Below are positions 1 through 9,984 of a stretch of DNA of 64,000 nucleotides, piece by piece. Location: assembly GCA_947464275.1 (NCBI GenBank), contig CANHVU010000014.1, positions 10,324 to 74,323 of the forward strand. The letters are read 5' to 3'. Origin of the DNA: Bacteroidota bacterium. Lineage in GTDB: Bacteria > Bacteroidota > Bacteroidia > UKL13-3. A program made the translations under genes and the position numbers. The number at the start of each line of letters is the position of its first letter. The stretch's first letter is position 1. The notes beneath the pieces were generated by a model. That model saw only the letters and a program-made list of their open reading frames with translations, was not told the DNA's origin and did no database searches.

Positions 1-75
1 CATTTATTGCAAATACACCCCATCAGCAATTTAAAAATTTATGCCAAATACAGAAACTTAAACTTTTAATAAACC

Positions 76-792
76 ATGAATAACAACCATCAAACCAACA
101 TGACCAAAACTATAGTTTGGCTTACAGCCTTTAGCATTGCCATGGGCTTTTTAGAAAGTGCGGTAGTAATTTATATCCGCGAAATGTATTACCCGGCAGG
201 ATTCAATTTTCCTTTGGTTGATATCAAACGAAATATTGTAGTTGTTGAACTTTGGCGCGAATTAGCCACCATTATTATGCTTGCAGCAATTGGCTATTTA
301 ACAGGAAAAACCAAAGCACAACGATTTGTATTTTTCTTATTTAGCTTTGGCGTTTGGGATATTTTTTACTACGTATTCTTAAAATTATTTTTAAACTGGC
401 CAATAAGTGTTTTTACTTGGGATATTTTGTTCTTATTACCTGTACCTTGGATTGGACCAGTATTAGCGCCTTGTTTGGTATCGCTTAGTATGATAGGTTT
501 AACATTTTTAGTTCTATGGCTCGAAAGTAAAAACTATGAAGTAAGTTTTAAAGTAAAACACCATTTGGTATTAGCTGGAGGCTGCCTCATTATAATTAGC
601 ACTTTTGTTATTGATTATTTGCAACTATTATTTTTAGGTAAAAACAATTTAGCTCCTGAAAAAATGTTGGTCGTATTTAAACATTACGAACCTACACACT
701 ACAATTGGAGCTTTTTCGTAATAGGCTTTATTACCATTACTTACGGAGGATATCTGCTTTGGAAAGATCATTTTAAAAAAGAAAAAATTTAA
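76..792 (+). CDS. hypothetical polytopic membrane protein
   Basis: 238-aa ORF with multiple hydrophobic helices; no recognised catalytic motif. Confidence 0.5.
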   Translation: MNNNHQTNMTKTIVWLTAFSIAMGFLESAVVIYIREMYYPAGFNFPLVDIKRNIVVVELWRELATIIMLAAIGYLTGKTKAQRFVFFLFSFGVWDIFYYVFLKLFLNWPISVFTWDILFLLPVPWIGPVLAPCLVSLSMIGLTFLVLWLESKNYEVSFKVKHHLVLAGGCLIIISTFVIDYLQLLFLGKNNLAPEKMLVVFKHYEPTHYNWSFFVIGFITITYGGYLLWKDHFKKEKI

Positions 793-813
793 ATTAACGA
801 TTTTCAAGTTAAC

Positions 814-1893
814 CTATTTTCTGAACGAATAAACCACTCTAAAATCAATAAAATTAGCAACTTGCGCATGGGCTAATAAATTTATACCCATGTTCAGGTT
901 GCTTTTTGTTTTATATAACAAACCCCATCGGTGGTACACATTACTAAAATAAGTTGATTCATTAAATAAATAATAACCCAATTGTTGCGAAAAAATAAAA
1001 TTGCCCAATAAAAATTCGTGCCCTATGGTAAATCCGTTTCTTAAATTACTTTTATTGATTCCAGCTCGTTTAAGATTTTCTTTCAATGCATTATCTATTA
1101 TGAGTTCATTACCCAGAGTTAATGCATTAATACGACCAATTTGATGGCTATAATTTACATTTACACCATAAATTAAAAACCGTTCTTTTTCGCCAATTGC
1201 AATGGTTTTAGAACTAACAAAAGTACCAATATCCAGTCTTTTTTGTTTTAAATAACTCGCATTCTTTTTAGTAAAATTGGGTAACTCATTATTAGTTGGA
1301 TTATAGGTTAACCTAATATTAGCCGTTGGCCAATTAATGCCTTTGTTTGGGTCTTTAATTCCACCATTTGAAATATGCAAATAATTACCAACTAACGATA
1401 GTTGAAATTGTTTGGTAATGGCATATTGTACTCCAACTCCCAAACCAACGTATATACTAACTGGCAAACTATAACTTCTATTGCTTGGATTTGAGTTAGC
1501 ATTATAAGGATTACTTAAAAATGAAAGGCCTCCAAAGGCATCAAAAAGTAATTTAGATTTTTTGGTAAGTTTAAATTGTGGTTCAAAATTATAAAATATA
1601 GATGCGGCTTTACCAAGAACTGCATTGTCAAAATCAAAGTAATTAAAGCCAAAACCAGTATTTAAAAAACAATTGCAATTTTGCCATGCTTTTTCAGTTA
1701 AATTTTGAGTAGTATAAATTAACTCTACCCCAAAAGGATTAGCACCAGCAGTATTTTGAACATCTTCGCTATGCGCAAAAATAAAACCATAATGAGAACC
1801 AAGCGTAAAACCTTTTAGTTCAAGCGGCTTATCTAACTGAGCACATAAATCAGATACCGTTAGGAGAAATACAAATAAAATTTTCCATTTCAT
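814..1893 (-). CDS. putative outer-membrane beta-barrel protein (signal peptide)
   Basis: N-terminal signal peptide MKWKILFVFLLTVSDLCAQ; alternating amphipathic strands; aromatic C-terminus (RVVYSFRK). Confidence 0.45.
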   Translation of the reverse strand: MKWKILFVFLLTVSDLCAQLDKPLELKGFTLGSHYGFIFAHSEDVQNTAGANPFGVELIYTTQNLTEKAWQNCNCFLNTGFGFNYFDFDNAVLGKAASIFYNFEPQFKLTKKSKLLFDAFGGLSFLSNPYNANSNPSNRSYSLPVSIYVGLGVGVQYAITKQFQLSLVGNYLHISNGGIKDPNKGINWPTANIRLTYNPTNNELPNFTKKNASYLKQKRLDIGTFVSSKTIAIGEKERFLIYGVNVNYSHQIGRINALTLGNELIIDNALKENLKRAGINKSNLRNGFTIGHEFLLGNFIFSQQLGYYLFNESTYFSNVYHRWGLLYKTKSNLNMGINLLAHAQVANFIDFRVVYSFRK

Positions 1894-1914
1894 TCACCAT
1901 AAAACACCTATCCA

Positions 1915-2316
1915 TCAATTTTTGTTTTTTGGAGTTATTGTAATCATTTCTAATAAAGTAGCCGACAGAATGCCGATGGCATAAGCCAATAAATCGCTCC
2001 AAAGAAAGCCAGAACCTAATACCAAAGCACCAAGGGTATTACTTCTGATGGCATTAATCCAAGGTGCTTGGTATAGTTGGCTAACCTCAATTGCATAGCA
2101 AAATAACAAACTAAAAACTGCTATTTGCTTTGATAATTTATTGGCAAATACAAATGCCATCATTACATAAATCATAGCAGCCCAAATGGCATCGCCTAAA
2201 TATGTATTTACTAAATCAGGCAATAGGTAACTAAACTTTCGCGATAGAATACCTAAACACATTACAAAGGGAATTAACAGTAAGTAAATTTTTCTATTGC
2301 GTTGCATGAAAATCAA
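1915..2316 (-). CDS. small membrane protein, DUF2809-like
   Basis: 133 aa, about 4 TM segments, GDAIW motif reminiscent of DUF2809. Confidence 0.4.
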   Translation of the reverse strand: MIFMQRNRKIYLLLIPFVMCLGILSRKFSYLLPDLVNTYLGDAIWAAMIYVMMAFVFANKLSKQIAVFSLLFCYAIEVSQLYQAPWINAIRSNTLGALVLGSGFLWSDLLAYAIGILSATLLEMITITPKNKN

Positions 2317-2327
2317 ATGGTATTAAA

Positions 2328-2364
2328 TAAAAAAACGAGCTAAGAAACCTTAGCTCGTTTTTAA
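2328..2364. terminator. bidirectional rho-independent terminator
   Basis: A-run, 10-bp stem acgagctaag/cttagctcgt, T-run. Confidence 0.6.
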
Positions 2365-2382
2365 TTACTTTGAAATGATTAA

Positions 2383-4881
2383 TTACTCAATCACTAGTTT
2401 TTTAGTGCTTGTTCCTTCGTTTGAAGTTACTTGAACAAAATACATTCCTTTAGGTAAATCAGCAACTGAAAGTTCCATTACATTAACACCAGAAACTAAT
2501 TTGCCATCCATTGATTTAACAATGGCACCTTTGATGTCAATAATATTTATTTGAGCATTATTGCTGCTAGTAGCATTTACCATTACTGAAACTTTATCAC
2601 TTGCAGGATTAGGGAAAATTACTAAACCATTTTCATTTGAATTAACGTTTTTAACATTAGTTCCACGTTCCCTTGTAAATGAATCAACCTTTCCATTACT
2701 CCAAGCTATGTAAAATCCTATATTCAAATTCTTGTCTAAAGCATTTAAAATAGAGTCAGCCTTATTAGCGGCTCTTGCTATTACATAAGTTTTATTGATT
2801 GGATTTTGAGTAGTGCCAATATTGATGGTAGTATCTTTATAATTTACAGCTAAATTTAAATTAACTCCTGAAGCAAATAATACTCCTGCTAATCCATTTT
2901 TTCCTACTAAATTAACTGAATAAGTAAACAAACCAGTATTTGTATTTGCATCTGTAACAGTATAAGCAGCTCCAGCATTTCCTTTTGTAGGCATGTATTT
3001 ATAAACTGATCCGTAAGAATTATTTTTAGCAACAAATAATGGCTCTTGGTCGCCTTGCATATTTAATTTACCAACGTTTGTTCCTCCATGGAAGAAAATA
3101 ACTTCATTGGTTGGGTTAGGGAATGAAGAAGTCAATTTAGCAGGACTAATTAGTTTCACACTAAAATTAGTTGAAATTGCTTCAGGATTTACCCTATAAG
3201 GAGTACCAATAAAACCATGAGCAATAGCAATATTGAAATTAGAATCAGGTAACATGCTTGCAGACCAAAGTGAATTTGCAGTATCAATTGCATTTCCATT
3301 CACAATATTAATTCTTACAGGAACATAAGCATCAGTTGAAGCAATTCCTGTGGTTTTTCTGAAACCTAAATCATCTACTATTTTTGAACCATTAGCATAA
3401 ATATCAACCATGCGAATAGTGGTGTCAGGTGAATTATGAATAATTTGTAATTTATTTTTCAAACGCTGTAACTCTAAAACTGTTCCATTATTTAATGCTA
3501 ACATAACTTTAAATGATGGAGTGTTAAAAAATCCGGTAGTAAATATAACACCTGATTGATTTGATAAAGTAGCGCCATTTAATAAAAATGCACCATTGTA
3601 TTTTGTTTTATCATTATTACTTATGTTAAATATTACATTAGAACTGGTAGATTTTAATGCAGACAATGAAGAATAAGACAAACTACCAATTAAACTTGCT
3701 TGATTAGCTACATTATTAATATTTAGTTGCGGAGCATCAGTACAACCGTTAGCTACTAAATATTGAAAACTACCTGTAACTAATGAACCCTCAGGCATAC
3801 TATCATTCGCTATAATATTAAACATTCTGTTTAAACCTTCAGGATTACTCTCAAAACTCGTGGTATCTTTTAAACCTAAAGCCATGGCTAAATATGATTT
3901 ACCCGAAACTAAATTAACTGCAGGAATTCTGAATAATGTATCATTTTGACCAACACTAGAAACCAACACCTCAGTATTACCTGTATTTGCAGTGATAAAT
4001 GGAGTTGCTGCTTTATAAGCTAAATTAGAAACAACCTTAACTTGGTTAAAATAAATATCTACATTACCTAAAGCTGCATCTGGAGCATTATGAATAAATT
4101 GAATTCTAGTAGCTTCTGGTAATTCAATTACTGTTCCGTTAGTATCTACTGCAAACATACCAAATGCTTTTCCATTTTGGTTATCAATTGGAGTTACAAA
4201 ACCTGAAGCAAAAACTGTAATCAATTTTTGGTTAAATAAGGCCAAATTAGCGCTGTATGCCTTTATTACGGAACGAGTTCCAGTTAAACGAGCTTCTAAA
4301 TAGGTAGCAGTATTGTTAAAAAACAATGCTTGTGCACCACCATTAGCTTGAGCAAAACGTAAATTAGTTGGTAAAGTACCAGTTGCTAATGCGGGGCGAG
4401 AAACTATATCAACTCCAGGAGCATCTGTTACACCGTGAAATACATTTACTTGAACTCTGTTAGCTGCAGCAGCCCAATTAGTAATTGTTTTAGTAACCAA
4501 CTGCACAGCTGTGCTTAGCGAGTTTGGATTAACAGCAAAACTAGCAGTATTAGCCACACCAGTTACCATCATAACAGTATTTGAGTTAGCTGCCACATTT
4601 TGGCTAAAACGAACCAAAACTAAATCGCTACTATCTATACTATTTTTATCATTAATATTAATTTTTACCGATGATGAAGCAGCTGTCATAATACCAGTAG
4701 CTTGTCTAAAAGCTACGTTATCTAGCTTATTTCCATCAATATAAATATCTACTGTATCCAAAACAGGATCAGCAGCATTGTGAATTAATTGAAAGCGTGC
4801 CGTTTGAGCATTGGCAGAATAAAAAACTGCACTTGCCATCACAGCAAATAATGATTTCTTGATTATGTTAAAGTGTTTCAT
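2383..4881 (-). CDS. secreted multi-repeat protein (DUF4397-like repeats) with T9SS C-terminal sorting domain
   Basis: 832 aa; signal peptide; at least 4 repeats of the motif (I/R)QxIHNAxDxxxxxVDIY; C-terminal ~80 aa resembles a Por-secretion CTD (KGMYFVQVTSNEGTSTKKLVIE). Confidence 0.55.
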   Translation of the reverse strand: MKHFNIIKKSLFAVMASAVFYSANAQTARFQLIHNAADPVLDTVDIYIDGNKLDNVAFRQATGIMTAASSSVKININDKNSIDSSDLVLVRFSQNVAANSNTVMMVTGVANTASFAVNPNSLSTAVQLVTKTITNWAAAANRVQVNVFHGVTDAPGVDIVSRPALATGTLPTNLRFAQANGGAQALFFNNTATYLEARLTGTRSVIKAYSANLALFNQKLITVFASGFVTPIDNQNGKAFGMFAVDTNGTVIELPEATRIQFIHNAPDAALGNVDIYFNQVKVVSNLAYKAATPFITANTGNTEVLVSSVGQNDTLFRIPAVNLVSGKSYLAMALGLKDTTSFESNPEGLNRMFNIIANDSMPEGSLVTGSFQYLVANGCTDAPQLNINNVANQASLIGSLSYSSLSALKSTSSNVIFNISNNDKTKYNGAFLLNGATLSNQSGVIFTTGFFNTPSFKVMLALNNGTVLELQRLKNKLQIIHNSPDTTIRMVDIYANGSKIVDDLGFRKTTGIASTDAYVPVRINIVNGNAIDTANSLWSASMLPDSNFNIAIAHGFIGTPYRVNPEAISTNFSVKLISPAKLTSSFPNPTNEVIFFHGGTNVGKLNMQGDQEPLFVAKNNSYGSVYKYMPTKGNAGAAYTVTDANTNTGLFTYSVNLVGKNGLAGVLFASGVNLNLAVNYKDTTINIGTTQNPINKTYVIARAANKADSILNALDKNLNIGFYIAWSNGKVDSFTRERGTNVKNVNSNENGLVIFPNPASDKVSVMVNATSSNNAQINIIDIKGAIVKSMDGKLVSGVNVMELSVADLPKGMYFVQVTSNEGTSTKKLVIE

Positions 4882-5144
4882 CTATTATATTTTAGTATTT
4901 ATTTTTAAAATTACTTATTTATTAAAAATAAGGTTAGATATTGGCAAATATAACCTTTGCCTGAATAATTCAAATAGTAATATTTAATTGCAAAAAGGTT
5001 GCTTTCAGTGCTTTATTTTTTTTCTAATAATTGACCACTGATTTAAACCTCAAATATTTATGTATTTAAATCTAAATTCAAAAAATTAAACTCAAAAAAA
5101 AACCTCGACCCAAAAGGCCAAGGTTTTTATTTATGTTTCAAAAA

Positions 5145-6284
5145 TTATTTTAAAATTTCTCTCGAAATAACAATTTTTTGAACCTCGCTAGTTCCTTCGT
5201 AAATTTGGGTAATTTTAGCATCACGCATTAAACGCTCTACATGGTATTCTTTAACAAAACCATAACCACCATGAATTTGAACTGCTTCTACAGTAGTATC
5301 CATTGCTACTTGCGATGCATATAATTTAGCCATTGAACTAACCAAAGCATAATCGCCATGCGTATCTTTTAAATAAGCCGCTTTTAAGCAAAGTAAACGA
5401 GCCGCTTCAATATTAGTAGCCATATCAGCTAATTTAAATTGAATAGCTTGGTGGTTCATAATTTCAGTACCAAATGCTTTACGTTGTTTTGAATAAGCTA
5501 AAGCCAACTCATATGCACCGCTGGCTATACCTAAAGCTTGCGAAGCAATACCAATACGTCCACCAGCTAATGTTTTCATAGCAAATTTAAATCCAAAACC
5601 GTCTTCACCAATTCTGTTTTCTTTTGGAACTTTAACATCGGTAAACATAATAGAGTGTGTATCGCTACCTCTAATACCCATTTTATCTTCTTTTTTACCA
5701 ACTGTTACACCCGGCCAGTTTTTTTCAACAATAAATGCATTGATACCTTTGTGTTTTTTCTCCACATCGGTTTGTGCAATTACTAAGTAATACTCAGCTG
5801 TATTACCATTGGTAATCCAGTTTTTGGTACCATTTAATAAGTAATAATCACCTTTATCTTCAGCAGTGGTTCTTTGACTTGTAGCATCACTACCTGCTTC
5901 TGGCTCCGAAAGTAAAAAAGCACCCCAGCATTTTCCGCTAGCCATTGGCACTAAGTATTTTTGTTTTTGCTCTTCGTTACCAAAAGTTTCTAAACCCCAG
6001 CATACCAATGAGTTATTAACTGAAACCACAACCGAAGCAGAAGCATCTACTTTCGAAAATTCTTCCATTGCCAATACGTAACTGATGGTATCCATACCAC
6101 TTCCACCGTATTTAGGGTCAACCATCATACCTAAAAATCCAAGTTCACCCAATTTTTTAACTTGTTCCATTGGGAATTTTTGGTGCTCATCGCGCTCAAT
6201 TACGCCTGGTAATAATTCTGTTTGAGCAAAATCGCGAGCTGCTTGTTGCACATTTAAGTGTTCTTCGGTAAATTGAAAATTCAT
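5145..6284 (-). CDS. acyl-CoA dehydrogenase
   Basis: Full-length match to the ACAD fold: N-terminal FTEEHLNVQQAARDFA, C-terminal IYEGTSEVQ. Confidence 0.9.
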   Translation of the reverse strand: MNFQFTEEHLNVQQAARDFAQTELLPGVIERDEHQKFPMEQVKKLGELGFLGMMVDPKYGGSGMDTISYVLAMEEFSKVDASASVVVSVNNSLVCWGLETFGNEEQKQKYLVPMASGKCWGAFLLSEPEAGSDATSQRTTAEDKGDYYLLNGTKNWITNGNTAEYYLVIAQTDVEKKHKGINAFIVEKNWPGVTVGKKEDKMGIRGSDTHSIMFTDVKVPKENRIGEDGFGFKFAMKTLAGGRIGIASQALGIASGAYELALAYSKQRKAFGTEIMNHQAIQFKLADMATNIEAARLLCLKAAYLKDTHGDYALVSSMAKLYASQVAMDTTVEAVQIHGGYGFVKEYHVERLMRDAKITQIYEGTSEVQKIVISREILK

Positions 6285-6523
6285 ATATGTATTTTAGTTT
6301 GTTGCGAATATATAATTTTAAGAGATACTATTATAAACTCAAATAAAAATCAATTGTTTTTGTTTTTGTTTTGATTAATTGTTTAGTTCATTAATTGCTT
6401 AATTTCCGTTGGCTATACTTCGACAAGCTCAGTAACCACTAACGGCAATTTATCATTTGCTAATTGCTTATTGTCTATTGTCCGTTGCCAATTGCCTATT
6501 GCTCAACTCTCATCTTTCAATTC

Positions 6524-6886
6524 TCATTTCTCTTTCAAAATAAACCAAGCCCAAGCTATCAATACAAACTGGAACGGTAAACGTATATATGCTACTAACT
6601 TGCTTCCTACCACAGGATTTTCTTTAAAAACATCAATTACATGAAGTGGTAAAAACGCCAACATCAAAATAAAAATACCTAAAGTACCAAACTTGCTGTA
6701 ACGAGGTATTAAAGTGCATAAACCAACCACTATTTCTAAAATTCCACTTCCGTAAATGATTGCAATTTGTGGCCATTGATCAGGGAAGAATGGCAAATAC
6801 ACTGCTGGACTAATAAAGTGCATTACTCCCGCAAGAATCATGATTACTCCAAATACTATGGTTAATATACGCTTTGAATTTTTCAT
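6524..6886 (-). CDS. DoxX family membrane protein
   Basis: 120 aa with 4 TM helices, typical DoxX size and topology. Confidence 0.55.
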   Translation of the reverse strand: MKNSKRILTIVFGVIMILAGVMHFISPAVYLPFFPDQWPQIAIIYGSGILEIVVGLCTLIPRYSKFGTLGIFILMLAFLPLHVIDVFKENPVVGSKLVAYIRLPFQFVLIAWAWFILKEK

Positions 6887-7030
6887 TTTATGGTATTTAT
6901 CTGTTTTACTAATTGCAATCTATTTGCTGCAAGGTAAGGGAATTACCCTTTTAATAGGCCTATTTTTATTTTGAAATATTTGTTTTAAAATTGTTAATGA
7001 TAATAACGGTGGTGAAATTCAGAAATAGTT

Positions 7031-7066
7031 TGTTGGTGTCGCTTCGCTAAAACACCAACAACGGCA
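7031..7066 (+). repeat. REP family 1 hairpin (TTGGTGTCGCTTCGCTAAAACACCAA + AACGGCA)
   Basis: 7-bp stem TTGGTGT/ACACCAA with 12-nt loop; one of 7 near-identical copies in the window. Confidence 0.8.
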
Positions 7067-7141
7067 AAAAATATAATTGTAAGCGATGAGACTGCAATAG
7101 CAGAAAAGATATTTTAACAACAGTGTAACATATAAATAAAA

Positions 7142-8038
7142 ATGAGAAAAATAATTTACATATACTTTATCATAATTTGTTTTATAAGTTGTTCTTCAGC
7201 ACAAGACAATGAAAAGCAAGCAAGTATTAATTCCATCTTCGACAAAATGGAACTTCAAGGTGTGGACACTAAAAAACCATTGCTGTATGGTTTTTTCTTT
7301 TACGATAAGGATAAATTTAAACTTGAAAAACTAAAAGATGAACTGGTAAAGAACGATTATAAAGTGGTTAGACTTGAAATAACAGAAAAACAACTGTTTA
7401 TTCTTCATGTTGAAAAAGTAGAAATACATTCAAGAACTTCGCTTTTTGATAGAGAAAATCAACTCGACAAATTGTCTAAAAAATTTCAAGTAGCAACTTA
7501 TGACGGTTGGGATGTTGGGAATGCAGACCCTACAAAACCTTTGGTTTCAGAAAACAAACCCGATAATTATTTTGACTCCAAATCGAACGAAGAACTTTTT
7601 ACAATTGCAAATGGATTTTACGACAGCGAAACAAACGACAAAGCAGTTTTGGTTTTCCAAAAGTGCATAGAACGTAACTATAAATTAGACACTTGCTATT
7701 ACAAACAAGGTGTTAGCTATATAAGCTTAGGACAAACTAAAATAGGACTTGAAAAACTTGAAGAGGCTTTAAAAATAAATCCAAAATATTATAAAGCATG
7801 TTTCAATATTGGTGTAACCTGTTCTGAAAATAAAGAGTATCAAAAATCAATTGACTATTACCAAAAAGCAGCAAAACTTGATCCCAAAGACGATAGAGCT
7901 TATTATGGAATTGCTGCCTCTCAATATATTTTAGGAAAACTCAAAGATGCTGAGTTTAATTGCCTAACAGCTTTAAAAATTAACCCCAATAATGCCAACG
8001 CAAATACACTTTTAAATAACATAAAAAAGAAACATTAA
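7142..8038 (+). CDS. TPR-repeat lipoprotein
   Basis: Lipobox (FISCSS); C-terminal half shows TPR-like 34-aa periodicity (YYKQGVSYISLGQ, AYYGIAASQYILGK). Confidence 0.55.
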   Translation: MRKIIYIYFIIICFISCSSAQDNEKQASINSIFDKMELQGVDTKKPLLYGFFFYDKDKFKLEKLKDELVKNDYKVVRLEITEKQLFILHVEKVEIHSRTSLFDRENQLDKLSKKFQVATYDGWDVGNADPTKPLVSENKPDNYFDSKSNEELFTIANGFYDSETNDKAVLVFQKCIERNYKLDTCYYKQGVSYISLGQTKIGLEKLEEALKINPKYYKACFNIGVTCSENKEYQKSIDYYQKAAKLDPKDDRAYYGIAASQYILGKLKDAEFNCLTALKINPNNANANTLLNNIKKKH

Positions 8039-8200
8039 TGTAAATTAATAACCACAGTTTTTTAGCCGAAATTAGACTCGCGGCCAACATTTATAAGGAT
8101 TGAAATATAATTTCAAGAAAGTACTCTACAACCAATAAAAGAAAAATCACTATTCCATATTTAAAAATATTTATACTTGAGATAAAAACATTGAAAGAAA

Positions 8201-8449
8201 ATGAAAGTTGATTTAAACATCCAAAACAAAAAACTTGAATTGATACAGTGGGTTTCAAGTTTAAATGATATATCAATTTTAGAAAAAATTACTGAATTAA
8301 GAAAACAAGAAAGTAAAGATTGGTGGCTTTCAATTTCAGAATCAGAAAAAAAATCAATTGATAAGGGCACAGCAGATGCCGAAGAGGATAAACTAAACAC
8401 TCATTCCGAAGCAAGAAAACTTTATGAAAAGTGGTTAAAACAATCCTAG
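8201..8449 (+). CDS. small addiction-module-component-like protein (putative orphan antitoxin)
   Basis: 82 aa; overall pattern (amphipathic N-helix, SESEKKSIDKG...ARKLYEKWLK) resembles the short putative addiction module component family common in Bacteroidetes; no partner toxin ORF adjacent. Confidence 0.3.
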   Translation: MKVDLNIQNKKLELIQWVSSLNDISILEKITELRKQESKDWWLSISESEKKSIDKGTADAEEDKLNTHSEARKLYEKWLKQS

Positions 8450-8493
8450 CCAACATTCCATATAATTGCAGACGTTTGAAATAGGAGAAATAT

Positions 8494-8530
8494 GTTGTTT
8501 GTGCCGCTTCGCTAAAACACCAACAACGGC
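8494..8530 (+). repeat. REP family 1 hairpin (degenerate copy)
   Basis: gttgtttgtgccgcttcgctaaaacaccaacaacggc. Confidence 0.7.
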
Positions 8531-8590
8531 AAAACATTTAAAGGCATCAAAATGTAATTGTGGGCGTGTTGAAATTCTAGCGATAAAATT

Positions 8591-8627
8591 TTGTTGGTGT
8601 CTCTTCGCTAAAACACCAACCACGGCA
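8591..8627 (+). repeat. REP family 1 hairpin
   Basis: ttgttggtgtctcttcgctaaaacaccaaccacggcag. Confidence 0.8.
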
Positions 8628-8659
8628 GTAAAAATAAATTTATTAAATAATTAAAGCTT

Positions 8660-9118
8660 ATGAAAAGAGTACAATTCATTGTAAAAATAAATGCCCCTAA
8701 AAATAAGGTATATGATTTAATGCTGGGCATTAGCAAAAAACTAACATATGAACAATGGACTGCGTTATTCAATCCCACATCTAGCTACGAGGGGAATTGG
8801 AATAAGGGCAGCAAAATGTTATTTGTAGGAACTGATGAGAATGGAGAAAAGGGTGGATTGGTTTCGGAAATAATGGAAAATATAATTAACCAATTTATTT
8901 CTATTCGTCATTACGGACTTGTAAAAGCAAATGAAGAAATAACAGAAGGAACAGAAGTAGAAAAATGGGCAAATGGTTTTGAAAACTACACGTTTGAAGA
9001 AAATAATGAAACTACTACAGTAACTGTTGACTTAGATACAACAGAAGATTTTTTGGATTATATGAACGAAACCTACCCTAAGGCACTTGAAAAGTTGAAA
9101 GAAATATGCGAAGAGTAG
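8660..9118 (+). CDS. SRPBCC (AHSA1/polyketide-cyclase-like) domain protein
   Basis: 152 aa; composition and length typical of the Aha1/BPI-like SRPBCC fold; a paralogous 134-aa SRPBCC gene is at 32583. Confidence 0.55.
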   Translation: MKRVQFIVKINAPKNKVYDLMLGISKKLTYEQWTALFNPTSSYEGNWNKGSKMLFVGTDENGEKGGLVSEIMENIINQFISIRHYGLVKANEEITEGTEVEKWANGFENYTFEENNETTTVTVDLDTTEDFLDYMNETYPKALEKLKEICEE

Positions 9119-9193
9119 AATAACTCAAAAACTTAACATTTAGATGTATTGAAATATAATTGCGGGCAAATTGAAATAGTATAAATACAATAT

Positions 9194-9229
9194 TATTGGT
9201 GTCGTTTCGTTATAACACTTTCAACAGTA
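9194..9229 (+). repeat. REP family 1 hairpin (degenerate)
   Basis: attggtgtcgtttcgttataacactttcaacagtat; preceded by conserved module ataattgcgggcaaattgaaat also seen at 8461 and 8553. Confidence 0.6.
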
Positions 9230-9257
9230 TTAAACATAAACAATTTAAACAAAAAAC

Positions 9258-9845
9258 ATGAACACTAAAATTTTAAAAAATGTAGTAATCGTTTTGATAA
9301 CGGCAACATTATTCTCTTTCGACATGCCAAACGGTTGGCACAAAGCTGGCAGTAGGCCAGAATGTTATGATATGGGCTTAGACAAAGGCGCAGGACCTGA
9401 TGGAAAAAACGCTGCAACAATAAAATCAATTTCTAAAAAAACAAAGGGAGGTTTTGGAACATTGATGCAAAGTTGCAATGCTCAAAAATATTTGGGTAAA
9501 AGAGTTAAAATGACTGGTTATGTAAAAACGGAAGATGTTAAAGGTTGGGCTGGCTTGTGGTTAAGAGTAGATGAAGCATCATACGGTAGTAAACCTTTGG
9601 GTTTTGACAACATGGGAAATAGACCAATTAAAAAAACTACTGATTGGAAAAAATATGAAATTATTATGGATGTTCCAGCTAATGCAAGTAACCTTGCTTA
9701 TGGTTCATTGCTTGTAGGGCAAGGGCAAGTTTGGTTCAGTAATATTAACTTTGAAATAGTTGACGCGTCAATTCCTACAACCAATAAAGACTGCAATGTT
9801 TGTTCTACCATATTAAGCGAACCTACCAATTTAAACCTTGACTAA
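9258..9845 (+). CDS. hypothetical secreted beta-sandwich protein
   Basis: Signal peptide; beta-rich composition; no recognised catalytic motif. Confidence 0.4.
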   Translation: MNTKILKNVVIVLITATLFSFDMPNGWHKAGSRPECYDMGLDKGAGPDGKNAATIKSISKKTKGGFGTLMQSCNAQKYLGKRVKMTGYVKTEDVKGWAGLWLRVDEASYGSKPLGFDNMGNRPIKKTTDWKKYEIIMDVPANASNLAYGSLLVGQGQVWFSNINFEIVDASIPTTNKDCNVCSTILSEPTNLNLD

Positions 9846-9944
9846 TATTAATAACACCAGCCTTTCGAGATTTGCAATTCAAAATTATTTAATAAAAAAT
9901 TTGTAATCCTTGTAAAAGGGTGGTGTTACTTTAAGAAAAAGTAA

Positions 9945-9984
9945 GTTGTTGGTGTCGCTTTGCGAGAACACCAACTGCTGCAAG
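9945..9984 (+). repeat. REP family 1 hairpin
   Basis: gttgttggtgtcgctttgcgagaacaccaactgctgcaag. Confidence 0.75.

Noticed and set aside
4511-4744. Numerous 60-110-aa antisense or internal ORFs
   Set aside because: Each lies within and opposite to a well-supported longer gene and is low-complexity or unremarkable. The set is 4511..4744, 12248..12529, 13806..14081, 14427..14621, 15545..15772, 15902..16183, 17167..17385, 20040..20228, 24544..24807, 25696..25944, 29016..29282, 31623..31850, 33337..33715, 33822..34058, 36338..36817, 42388..42621, 44580..44849, 45541..45777, 46948..47217, 47818..48054, 49575..49814, 50017..51086, 55717..56175, 59626..59856, 60805..61023 and 62159..62704.
5095-5135. 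Possible terminator downstream of the acyl-CoA dehydrogenase gene
   Set aside because: The stem is only 5 bp (aacct/aggtt) with a large loop. It is too weak to call.
8435-8654. ORFs 8435..8623(-) and 8466..8654(+)
   Set aside because: They are translations of two REP family 1 hairpins and their linker (CRFAKTPTTAK / LAKRHQQ motifs repeat because the DNA repeats). They are not genes.
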